Shown here: positions 52,501-64,000 of the stretch, in pieces
Layout: the number at the start of each line of letters is the position of its first letter
How positions within the stretch are numbered: position 1 is the stretch's first letter
DNA from: Chlorokybus atmophyticus
Lineage: Eukaryota; Plantae; Mesostigma and Chlorokybus algae
Length of the DNA stretch: 64,000 nucleotides
Assembly (NCBI GenBank): GCA_009103225.1
Contig: RHPI01001616.1
Coordinates: 188,640-252,639 of the forward strand
Direction: 5' to 3'
The notes under the pieces: model-generated
Database searches by the model: none
Seen by the model: the letters and a program-made list of their open reading frames with translations, nothing else
What the model was told of the DNA's origin: nothing
Position numbers and translations under genes: made by a program

Positions 52501-54513
52501 AGTGTTAGTCAAGCAGATTGACCTGCCATTCAAGGGACCGTGTTCACATGCGGCGCGATGACGATTGTGTTTGTGTCGTCCTCTCCCCAGGTTGAGAACC
52601 GCAAGCAGACGCGGTTGCAGCTGCTGCGTTTCAACCCGTACACGGGCGCGCGCAGCTTGCTCCTGGAGGAGCGGAACGACACGTGGATTAACCTGCACGA
52701 CTGCTTCACCCCCTTGCACAAGGCCCCCGGCGAGCTGGCCAACGGCTTCGTCTGGGCCAGCGAACGCACGGGATTCCGACACTTGTACGCCTACACCGCG
52801 GCCGGCAAGCTGCTTGGAAATCTAACGGCCGGCGATTGGATGGTGGAAAGCGTGGCAGGTGAGGACACGTGTTCTGCTTGCGTGTGCGCATGCACGCGAG
52901 TTTGCGCGCGCGTGCGTGTGTGCATGTTGTGTATTTGAATTAGAGTGTCTGTGTTGTGCGTGCAGGTTTGGATGAAGGAGCAGGGTTGATATACTTCATG
53001 GGCACTTGCGACAGCGCGCTCGAGACGCACTTGTACTCTTGTCCCCTCACACCTTGCACTTCAGGCACGCCTCCCCCACCACAGCGATTGACGCAGGTTT
53101 GCGCCCATTGCACGTACACATGTCACAACGATGGTTGCAGGCATGCGCACACCCATGCGCACAGGCACAGCGTGCATATGTGCTGCACATACGCACACGT
53201 GCACGTGGTGCAGTTGATTGGCAGGTATAACCTGGTTGCTTCTTGTGACAACGTGTGTTGGATGCACAGGGCAGTGGTCGACACGTGGTGATCGTGGACC
53301 ACGCGCTGCGCCGCTTTGTAGATGTGTACGATTCGTTGGGGCAGCCGCCGCTCGTCACGCTGCGCATGCTGGAAGACGGGCGCGAGGTTGTTCCCATTTT
53401 TGTACCCCAGACCCCCAACCCGCGCGCGTCACGCCTGCGGCTCGACCCGCCACGCCTCGTGTCCATACCCGCTGGTCGGCACGGCATTGTACTCTATGGG
53501 GCCGTCTACCGACCAGACACTGATGTCCACGGCCCAGGTGCATGATTGTTTTAGTTGTTGTCGTCGTTTTTCTTGTGGTGCTGTATTGTGGGGTTGAGTG
53601 TGACCATGAGTAGGAATTGGCTCATTATATGTGTTCCTGAGCAGGTCCCTACAAGACGATTGTTAGTGTATATGGGGGGCCCCGAGTCCAGGCAGTGTGC
53701 AACTCATGGATCATGACGGTGGACATGCGTGCGCAGTACTTGCGGTCTCGAGGCTATCTTGTTTGGAAGGTACACGCATAAGTTGCAGTTTGTCTGTGAG
53801 GGAGCCTATCTCATAAACTATGGTCAATCACTTACATGAATAGCATGCTGCTGTCACTGCATGCTCCTTGCTTGACACTTGCATTGACAAGGGCTGCTGG
53901 TGTCCGTGCTTGTGAACAATGTATGAGTAGCCCAACCCTTGTGTTTGTGGCTTGGCAGTTGGACAACAGGGGGAGTTCAAGAAGGGGTTTGTCATTTGAG
54001 AGCGCCATTAAGCACAAGTTGGGCAGCGTGGACGTGCACGACCAAGAGACAGGTCTGAAGTGGCTCCTTGAGCAGGAGAGGCTTGTGGACCCGACACGCA
54101 TGGGCGTGTACGGGTGGAGCTATGGCGGGTACCTTGCTGCAATGTGTCTATGCAAACTCCCGCACATGTTCAAGTCGGCCGTGGCGGGCGCGCCCGTCAC
54201 GTCGTGGGATGGGTACGACACCCACTACACCGAGCAGTACATGGGCACGCCGGGGGCCAACACGACGGCCTACCAGGAGAGCAGCGTCATGCATCACGTG
54301 GCCGCCATGCGCGGGAAGCTCCTCCTCGTGCATGGGATGATTGATGAGAACGTGCACTTCCGACACACGTGTCGACTCGTCAACGCCCTCAATGCCGCAT
54401 CCAAACACTACGAGCTTCTCACCTTCCCAGATGAGCGACACATGCCCCGCAGCCTGAAAGACCGCGTGTACATGGAAGAGCGCATGTTTGAGTTCTTCTC
54501 TAGAACAGTGTAA
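49545..54513 (+). CDS. Dipeptidyl peptidase IV/8/9-like S9B serine peptidase, 12 exons
   Basis: DPPIV beta-propeller motifs ([15 protein letters not shown]|[33 protein letters not shown]); catalytic [16 protein letters not shown] and FPDERH; [13 protein letters not shown]. Confidence 0.95.
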
Positions 54514-56078
54514 GTGAGTGCTGCGGGGAGAAAGAGCACTCTCTGTTTGAGAGCTACCTGTCTTGCAGCATTGAATGACATTGAATAAGTCGATTAGGTT
54601 GGTGTCGGTGTTAGTGCATGTGTGGCAGGCGGGGGGCAGCTTGGGCAGGGTCGCTGTTTGTGAGCCATTAGTGTCGTTGTTTATATATGTTGTCGTTGTT
54701 TAGTCAATTGTTGCTGTGTCAGCAGTAAAGCTCCTCGCCTCGCAACAGCTTCCCGCGATGCACACTTTGAAGTCTGTGGAACGTGTGTGGCCTACAGGTG
54801 GTTGCTCATCACACATTCCATCAGTGGTAGTGACTTTACATCCAACCGGCACCCATCACCACGATACATGCATGCAGATTGTACAGTATTAACTTTCAAC
54901 ATGTCATGTTGCGCGAAATGCAAGACTTGAATACAGGAGAGTCATCAGGCATGATTCAACAACTGTTCTTGCAGGCATGCCATTCGTGGGAATGTTTGCT
55001 GGGTACGGAGCTATTCTATGTGTACAGGATATGCGGTAGTTGTGGACATGCATGCACAAACAGCAGCATGCAAGCACGCTACACACCACCAGGGCTACAT
55101 ACACTGTTCATTCACGCATAATTCACTATACTACTTTAGACCTCCCTGTGTATGTGTGGCGCAGATAGATCTGCGCGTTTAAACCCGCCTGCAGCCAATG
55201 CAAGTCAGGCTGTAGCCTGGGCTCGCTGAGCACTGTTGGTCACATGGTATAAGCGGTGGTATTGTTGTGCCACGTGATAAAAATGGTGCAAGAAAGGGTG
55301 ACTGCGTGGCCGCAGCTATGTCGGTTGCTAAGGATGAACTCCACACCTGCAAATATCAAGGTTTTGGCTTCTACGACCGAACGCAGTTTTGCAAGTCTAG
55401 CTTGACGCAGCCAGTATGAGACTATTGCAAAAATAACTATGATTGGTGCAGGATGCGCCACTGGTCTTGTGGGGATGTTGTTTGTACGCGAACAAGAATA
55501 AACGTAGTGCATATGCTGAGTGGGGTCCCCCCCCCCCCCCCCCCCCNNNNNNNNNNNNNNNNNNNNNNNNNNNNNNNNNNNNNNNNNNNNNNNNNNNNNN
55601 NNNNNNNNNNNNNNNNNNNNNNNNNNNNNNNNNNNNNNNNNNNNNNNNNNNNNNNNNNNNNNNNNNNNNNNNNNNNNNNNNNNNNNNNNNNNNNNNNNNN
55701 NNNNNNNNNNNNNNNNNNNNNNNNNNNNNNNNNNNNNNNNNNNNNNNNNNNNNNNNNNNNNNNNNNNNNNNNNNNNNNNNNNNNNNNNNNNNNNNNNNNN
55801 NNNNNNNNNNNNNNNNNNNNNNNNNNNNNNNNNNNNNNNNNNNNNNNNNNNNNNNNNNNNNNNNNNNNNNNCCCCCCCCCCCCCCAGCAGACTGCTGGCT
55901 TATGCATAGGATGGCGCGCTCACCTGTGAGTGTGCTGTATATAGCAGCAAAAGCTGCTCAGGCAACTTATGGTACGTGCTGTACAACTCGTAATGTCCAA
56001 ATGTACACGAACTGTGGAGCCATAAAGGGCTAGGGCTTCAGGAGGCAAACATGGGCAGGAGAAAGACACTGAACAGGA

Positions 56079-59000
56079 TCAACACTGTGATGCTTGTACC
56101 AGTTTCTGCCTGACAGCTCTGGGATTCACCTTGTCTTTCAGCCTGAGAGATACATAGCACTTGTCTGAGAACAGACTACATAGAACACATTACTATGAGG
56201 GCTTGCGTTTTATAGCATCATACTTACTTGCAGAGCAGGTAGCCAAATCTTGACGGCTGCATCTCAAACCACTCAGGTACCAATTCAACAAACAGCTTCA
56301 GTTGGATTTCAACGATATCTGCAAAGACAAACAAGGTGTTTGGTGGTATAGAAACACAGGTGCCATTTAATCGTTATGTGCAAAACCGTTACCTCTGCTG
56401 GGGTTATGTTTATGGGACTTGAGTATGTGAGATAGCAACTCATTGGCGGGCATCGCGGTACGCTTGCTGCTGATGAACACGCTGCATGTGATGTCGTACA
56501 GCAATGGCAACCCTTTCAAAAGGAGGTTTCTTTGTCTTGTCGATGCCACATCTGGATGGTTGATTGCCTGCAGCTTCTGCTCTCTTTGCTCCACCTACAC
56601 GCATTACTCCTGTCAAACAGCACATGCACACATGCCAGCTGCCAACAACCGCAAAGTGGGACACATATATAGCATGCACCATACAGGTACACTGCCTTCA
56701 TGAATGAGGAGAACTTACTGCTTGTAGAAGCGTTTGTGGGATGTTGCGTATTCGCAGAGTGCGGGGCAGCCCGTCTGTTGAGGCAGTGTTGGTGCTCGTG
56801 CCGGCCGTGCAGCAGGTGTTTGTTGTGCTCGCGCTGTTGTTGCTGCATGTGGCCTGCGCATCTGAAGCAGGCGTGCATGCTGCCTCCGGCGATGCCCTCC
56901 GCTTGTGATCACTTGGTGCGGGTGTTTGAAGCTGAAGTAACAATCAACAGGTCAGAGACACATAGTCATATGCTTATGCCAATGACTCATCGATTACAAC
57001 ACTTACTCTGGGAGTGCAGGTGGGATCAGTGCTGTCGCGTGCAATGGCTATGTGCAGGGGTGTGCTGAGTGCTGATGCTGTTCTGACTGCATCCTTTGAG
57101 GGCGGGAGCGCTGTTGAAGGTTGCATGAAGCGAAACAGGCGAGGAGGGGTCGCGGGAGGTTGTTTCGGTAATGCTGTTGTTGGAATGTCCGGAACCTATC
57201 AATGAACTGGTTGTTACTACTGGTCACTCATGACAGCCTTTCGCGTCACAGATAGAGTCACAGCTTGCATAGATGTACCTCATCCAGCTCAAATTGGAAA
57301 TGCCAAAGCGGCCGGGACATGTCTTGAGATGGATCACTTGTGGCCTGGATGTGCCGCAGGAATTGCGAGTGATGGCCCTGCATGACACCCATTATGACTC
57401 CTTGACCTGACTTGCATAGCATAGACACTTTCAAGTGTTACATGACTACACAACTCACCTTCACAATTTCCAGAAGTCTGGACTTAAAAACATCTTTGCG
57501 AGACATTAGGTGCCTGCTTTGTTTGAGAGGTGAGCTTTGGGGTGAAGGAGCAGCTTGGCGTTTAAAAGGCGAAGGCGCTTTACATGGCGAGCCTGAAGGC
57601 TTGCGCGTGGGTGTTCTTATTGGAGTGCTTGCTGGTTGGGGCAGCAGATCGATGAGCAGTTGGTTTTGACGTGTCGAGTTCCCATCGAGACCCAACACCG
57701 TTTGCCGTGTGTAACTCAGGTGTAACACCTCAGGATACACGTACTTCATTTGCGCTACATGTTCTGCTGTGAACCTCCTGCACCGACAGTGAAACATGCA
57801 TTAGGCACGCAGCAATACTTGCACGCATACGCATTCCTGCCCACCAATCAAAGCACACACGCCTACCTGTTGCAAGACAGCTCAACCGACTTCTGCAGGT
57901 TCAGAAGCGTGCAGCTCTGCTGCCGTTTCCTCACCAACTCAACTGCTGATTCCAGTGCTGCGAACATTTCAAGAAGGCCATTGCACCTGGAAAGCAGGGT
58001 TGCATGTACAGGTCAAGCCTTCCATCTAGCAGGACAGCAAGCATGTTAATTGGGATGATTGGGCTTGTGTGCTTACTTTACAGGAAGCTGCAAGCCAACA
58101 TGACCAGGCTTTCCAACAGCATCAACACCGCCTTCCGTCAGTGCTGCCCACATCTCACGACCGCTTCCACATGCAATGCTCGCCTCATCGATGCGAAACA
58201 ATGAGCGAGCAACTCGCCCTGCTGGCGGGCGTGATGATGGTGATGCTGCACAACCTGCATCTGTACGCAAGTCGTTGATTACACAACTAGGCTTTGATAT
58301 GATGATTGATACTTAATAATACTTATCACAATACTTATCACAAGCAGTAACTTACCGCGGCGACTAGGGCTCGGGGACGATCTGGGCGGTGTTTGTTGTT
58401 TGACGGGTGACTGCAGCAGCTTTGTTACACCTGCAGAGCGCCAAGCTAAGCAACCAAACTGGACGTACAAGGACGGAATTCGGAATAAGAGCAGCAATGC
58501 TTGACATGCATGCGTTGCGGTTACAGTTACTACTAGTACTGCTGCTATTCAACGCTTGTATACATCACCATCCCATGACAAAGGTATGCATTATGAATGC
58601 ATGTTGTTGTGCACATGACTGGTTCATCTGCGTAATATGCCCCCATCACTGTGACAAGCATGAAGCGATTGCGGCAATGCCATGCATGCAACTGTGTCCT
58701 CGTGTGTGTACCCAAACGCAAAGTTGTTTCGCGCATGCTTACCAGCAGACACAGCTGGCGGCAGCGGATCGGTGACCTTTGCCATAGCAGCCGCCAGCAT
58801 GCGACGACCCTGCCCGCCGACAGCTGTCAACGCAGGAGGCGCAGCAGTGACAAAAGTAGCTGCTGGAGCCAGCTTCACTGCTGATGGTGACGGCAATTGC
58901 TTCTTCTGTACTTCAATGCTGTTGAGCTGCTGTCCGGCTTGAGGCGTAACATTTTCCCTAGCAGCCTGTCTTAGCTTCTGTAGGCCTTGGCCAGCTGTCA

Positions 59001-59505
59001 AGGCAGCCGCAGCAGCTCGCAGCCTTGCCACTGCCTGCTTGGTGGTGCCAGCTGGCTGCAGCAGCTGTGGCGCTGCTGTTTTGGGCGTGGGCAGGAACAA
59101 AGGCCTGGTTGACTTGTTGGTTGGCGCTTGCTGCTGCTGCTGTTTGAGCTGCTTGGGCTCGCCATTATCGGCAGCTGGAGGTGCAGGCCGAGGATTGTGC
59201 TGTGACTGGGGCTTGCCGATGGCGGCGAAGAAGTCGGTTATGCGAGGAGATAAAGCTTCCTCTCTCCCATGCTGCTGCTTTGGGTAATGCTGATGGTGGA
59301 GGGGAGGAGGCACAACTGCCGGCAGGTCTGGAGAGAGAGACAAACACACGCATGCATGTCAGCATGACAGCGCCTCGCATTTGCAACATCACACACACAC
59401 ACACTTGCCGTGGCCAGACTCCAGGTCCAGCTTCCGCCGCTTGGTGGCAGGGGCGGCGGCGCCCTCCTCGCCCCTACCACCATCCGCACGCCCCACCTTC
59501 GCCAT
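56079..59505 (-). CDS. CDT1: DNA replication licensing factor Cdt1
   Basis: LLEMFAALESAVELVRKR..SVELSCNR|RFTAEHVAQMKYVYPE; HHSQFL..WHFQFELDE|VPDI; GLPLLYDITCSVFISSKRTAMP; QLKLFVELVPEWF; RITDFF PIP-like motif. Confidence 0.85.
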
Positions 59506-59639
59506 GCCCTCAAGTCCCCAATTGCCCGCTTCTCCTCGTGCTTCCCCGACTCCCTCCTTCCCCACCTCTCTCGCCTTGCCCACCTCCTTCACCTTCGCCG
59601 CCGCCCCCGCCTCTCCGCAAGCCTGAAGCTGAGCACAGC

Positions 59640-59704
59640 TTTGGCGGGAACGCTCACACCCGTCAGTGGCATGCCGCTGCTACGCGCTGCTCTGTTCCCG
59701 CCAA
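59640..59704. promoter_or_regulatory. Two inverted E2F-type sites (TTGGCGGGAA) upstream of the CDT1 start codon
   Basis: TTTGGCGGGAA at 59640-59650 and TTCCCGCCAA at 59695-59704. E2F control of CDT1 is established in animals and plants. Confidence 0.7.
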
Positions 59705-60781
59705 TTCTGTGAGGGGACGAACGAACGGAAGCAACGCGAGGGGGAAGAAAGCATCTGTGTTAGCACTCGCTTTGCTAACGGAAGTAACAAAGGAAAGTAA
59801 GGCAGGGCTTCCGTGTGTATGAATCAAAAGTGTGCAAGCAAGCTTTGCAACGTCACGGAGATTGGTTGCTAGTGTGCAATAAAATGAAACACCAGTAACG
59901 TCGTGAATAGAATACCTCCACATGGGGTTGTTCATTTTGCTTTGTAACTAAGCATCAGATGTAATTGGCTAAATAAAAGATGTTCGTAAATGTACGTGTT
60001 ATAACCCCAATAAAAAATTCTTAAAAAATTCTTTTATGCCACGTAACCGTCATAGCTGAGTGTTATACCAATAGTCGGTCCTGAGCTATAATTCCTCACA
60101 GCACGTATGCATACGTGTAATGCATTTCATTGTTCTATGTAGCACATGTTATGACACGTTACTTGCACATATGGTGTATGTCAAATCATATTACACGCAC
60201 ACCACTTGAGTCACCTACGGATGATATATAACGCAAATTACGCAACACTGTCTTCATATATGGGATTTTACAATGTAAAGTGTAACTTACAGAAATGTTA
60301 TTGCTGCGACAAATTATGCAATATGTTATCTCATTATTTGCGACTTTCTATGTCATACAAGGCAAGGTGACATGCACTCATTCTATATAAGTTGCTTGCT
60401 TATATGCTACGGTGAAGTTTCTACAAGTACAGCAACGACATTGTCATACGTTAAGATCTAATTGGGCAAACTTTGACATAAGTGTCAGCGTTTAAGCATT
60501 ACTTTGGTCAATCCGTTAGCATCAAACGTTAAGAACACCGATTGAAAGGTGTTTTCTTATAATGCTCATGCTTAACGAGAGGGTGTTAAAATAACATTGT
60601 TGATGGTGAGCTGTCAAAGTTCCAACTACTAGTTGGAACTTTGACAGTGACTCATAGTATGTGTAACAAATGCCGGCGTCACCGCCGACAACCCTTCAAT
60701 CCTCTACCCCAACACCCACACCGCCAGCAACAAGCCTGTCAAGCCGACGGCAGCATGACGCTGTGGCAAAAGACTGAATAA

Positions 60782-60939
60782 GGTCCCATCAGTTGATGGG
60801 ACCTTTTATATCAAGAGTTTATCACATATATATGTCTCAATATTAAACTCAACATCAGATATCAACCCTGCAGACAGAGTAACCGTTAGAAATCTGGTGT
60901 GAGACCAATTTAAGCTCAGATACTTAACGATAAGGGACC
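60782..60939. mobile_element. Possible Tourist/PIF-Harbinger-like MITE (158 bp)
   Basis: TAA|GGTCCCATCAGTTGA ... TTAACGATAAGGGACC|TAA: imperfect TIRs and a TAA direct repeat; internal hairpin AGGTCCCATCA-gt-TGATGGGACCT. Confidence 0.35.
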
Positions 60940-61414
60940 TAACAATAAGGTACCTATCGCGATAGCTGGCTATAGTGGTCGCATATATAACATGCGACCT
61001 TAAATAGGCTTGAACAGGCGATTCTACACCCGTTGGGACTTATATCAAATATTATCATTGGATATAAACGAGGAACCTTAGAAAAGAGGTGTAAATAAGT
61101 AAATAACTATACTTATCAAAACAAATGAAGCTTATGTAGCTAATTTACGTCGCAACAATGTCCCCAATACTATTGCTCCCGTTGCAGTATGAGTCAGTGT
61201 TATAATCCATGGCACATGTGTACAACACTATGTTAGTAGTTGTACAACACCGTGGTAGCATAATGCTCAGGAGAAGAAAGACCGTTCAACTCTATGCGCA
61301 CGTGCACTTGTACATGAACGCATGCATACGCGTGCATGTACAAGCTTCTACTAGCAAACACAATTATCCGCGTAGCATGTAATTACCCAACAACATTAGC
61401 ATGCGCAGCTGCGT

Positions 61415-61446
<32 letters not shown>

Positions 61447-62115
61447 NNNNNNNNNNNNNNNNNNNNNNNNNNNNNNNNNNNNNNNNNNNNNNNNNNNNNN
61501 NNNNNNNNNNNNNNNNNNNNNNNNNNNNNNNNNNNNNNNNNNNNNNNNNNNNNNNNNNNNNNNNNNNNNNNNNNNNNNNNNNNNNNNNNNNNNNNNNNNN
61601 NNNNNNNNNNNNNNNNNNNNNNNCCCCCCCCCCCCCCCCCTCCGGGGTTCGCCGCAGCACGCGGCACGGTTTCCGCATATGCATGCCATGGCAGTGACCA
61701 TTGCATAGTGTGCAATGCACAGAGGCTGCGGTGCTGTCATCTATGCGCATTTGACGCGACGCACAACATGGTGGACATCAAACCTAAGCATGCCGTCACC
61801 ATCATGATGCACGCTAATGATGTTCACCGTGATGTTTTAGAGCTTGTGCTTCTACGCAGTTCCGGTGTTGTCCACACTTTGTGCTTTCTATGAAGAGGCA
61901 GTTGCCACAGCTGCGTGATTATAACTGCTTGCAAGTGCTTGTGTGCATGCATGCATGCATACATTGAGCTTGCCTACAAATCCTGATGCTCTGCTTTATG
62001 GCCATCCCTGGCGATTTGCTACGAATGGCAATAATTTTATAGACGGTGCAACTTCAATGTGCTGGAACGCGAGTTGATTGTGTGTTGGTGCCGTTTGAGT
62101 TCCTGGGGCTTTCAG

Positions 62116-62437
62116 ATGGAGAGCACCAGCCAGCTTGAGACTAAGCTCAACCTGTCGTGTGCGCTGCGCTGCGAAGGGAGCATGAGGAATGGACACAAGT
62201 ATTACAAGTGCGGGACGCAGTCGTGTCAAGCCTTAATGACTAGTGGAACTGAAGGGAACGACCCCTCCGGAGCCGACATTGTGGCCACGGAAATTTTCCT
62301 CCTCTTGACTCACTTTGGCGATGTACCCAAAGACAGTGAGCCCAAAGACAGCAAGCATGAAGACAGCGAGCACGAGAAAGAGGATGCAACTACTAGCGCT
62401 CTGGTGCAACAACCCGGTGCACTTTTGCCATTGCAGG
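62116..62437 (+). other. Unidentified exon-like ORF with a Cys motif (possible transposase zinc-finger relic)
   Basis: Bounded by tttcag| and |gttagg; LSCALRCEGSMRNGHKYYKCGTQSCQAL resembles WRKY/FLYWCH-type YYxC-x4-CxA. No complete gene model. Confidence 0.25.
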
Positions 62438-64000
62438 TTAGGTTTTGTACTCCACTCAAACAACGCGCACACACAATGTACACACTTGGTGGCTCGTTCT
62501 CTCGCTAACTTTGCGGGCATTGTTGCATGCGCAGCTGGTAGCAGCTCATGCGACCCCGGCGTCTGCTTTATAGGAAAAACACTTGGACTCGGATGCTACA
62601 CGCGCACCGGGTACGAAGCAAAGAATTTCGGAGAGGATCAGCAACAACACAATGCAGTCTGCGACTCTTACGCTACTGGCATTGGGGTGCCCCCCCACCC
62701 ACGATAAAGAGCTTGATCGCGGTCACACTTGAAGGACTTGCTTGTGACACAGAGTGTGACATGTAGATCTGGACTTTGAAGGTGGTTTCTGAGTGCAAAT
62801 ATGTGTACGTTTGTATTTGGTGAGGACAAAGTCAAATGCACCGGTGACATGCGCAATCCCGCAGCCATGCGGCCGTACTATATACATAGCGCTCGTCTGG
62901 TTGCGGCCATACTCTCAACGCAGTCATTGGCGCCACATCTCCGTCTTACCAATAGCAGGCGCCACAGCTCCGTGGTTTGTGCAATCAGTGTTCTGTTGCT
63001 GATTGCGCTGCTGTTGGGTGATATGTGTGTGCTTTGTTTTAACTAGTGCATGCGTGCGTGTGCGCGGGTGTCATTGGCAGCTCTGTTTGTGCCTATCAGC
63101 AACGATGGAGCAAGCAATGTACTTCCAGATGGTGGACAAACCACTTGAGCACTCAACCCCGTGATATGACACGCATGTTTATTCTTTGTTGCACTGTTCA
63201 CTGTTGCAGGCATTGGCCAGAGTTTAGCCTTGTAAAGAACTTGCTGTTTTTGGCAGGCAAAGTTGTCCAAGCATGCGGCATTTGCTGCTTGGACAGCTCC
63301 ACCAAGTTGCTGGCTACTTTGATTGAGTCTGTCGGCAAAGGTGCAGGCTTTGCAACACTATTGCATGCTTGCTGTTTGTTTCCTGCTATACCATGTGTGT
63401 GCGTGTATGTCACTAGCCGTCAGTAGGTTACATTATTGTGCGCAGGGTGCACACTCCAGAACTCTCATAGCAAACGGTTGTGAAACACCAGCATTAAGAA
63501 TATTGAAAAAACGAGTCGTGTGTGACACAAGCAGACAAAATCAACAGCCACAATATGAATACGAGTATGCATGCGTGCGTGTCACCACAACTGTTTGGCC
63601 GTGTGCGCGCGCACAACCAAGTTGAAATGGCAAGCTATATCATTCATGGAGCATTGCCATGCATTGCACACTGTGTATAATAATGTGTACCCGTGTCGCA
63701 ACTGTACATCAAGATACACCGTTGGCAAGACCACTTATGTGCACTACGCGCTTGTCTGAACACATATGCAAACAGGTATTGCCACTAACTACTCACAACC
63801 ATGATTGTCCAAGAACAAGACGTTTCACGTGACTTTGTGATCGGCATGTACTTGTCTTACCCCTTCAGCACTGTGTTGAGTTGCTGCGCGTCTCACTGTC
63901 CGGATACCCTGAACTATCAACGTAATCGTACAACTCACTGTAGCAAGTTGTGTTGTTAAACTGCGAGTATGAAGTGACCATGTACATGTAGTTGGAGCTG

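Noticed and set aside
60670-60780. RQHDAVA peptide suggesting a second LINE relic
   Set aside because: Only one short motif, with no flanking zinc-knuckle or endonuclease residues
62548-62766. Copia integrase-like reading (TWTRMLH..LLRYWHWG)
   Set aside because: No DDE or HHCC spacing, no LTRs or PBS

Overview
Intron-rich nuclear DNA of a green-lineage eukaryote, most likely a streptophyte alga. This is inferred from plant-type CDA, DUF150/RimP, plastid SHMT, a sulfite reductase with a C-terminal ribbon-helix-helix tail, and telo-boxes near gene starts. Fourteen spliced or single-exon genes between about 5.9 and 59.5 kb alternate strictly in strand: CaMK-like kinase (+), RING/TRAF-ZF/SUMO-like protein (-), SIR (+), SHMT (-), RimP-like (+), SPF27 (-), NUP50 (+), NDUFB3 (-), PFDN4 (+), CDA (-), AsmA-like protein (+), SmD1 (-), DPP4/9-like peptidase (+), CDT1 (-). 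Both ends (1-5.5 kb, 60-64 kb) are gene-poor and carry transposon relics and MITE-like elements. There are six N-gaps. No tRNA, rRNA or CRISPR was found. Most notable: (1) a ~263-nt imperfect intronic hairpin with pre-miRNA-like geometry; (2) a bipartite element, GACTAAC(R)GGGG...TAGCCCGGTGGTG, that recurs in the 3' flanks of convergent genes; (3) an 11-exon AsmA/TamB-like gene with transit peptide, polyglycine and a membrane anchor, recalled as resembling Chlamydiae proteins; (4) an unusual RING + TRAF-ZF + SUMO-like + ELM2-like protein. Exon models were built by eye from GT/AG signals and frame continuity. Family names come from motif recognition, not database searches.
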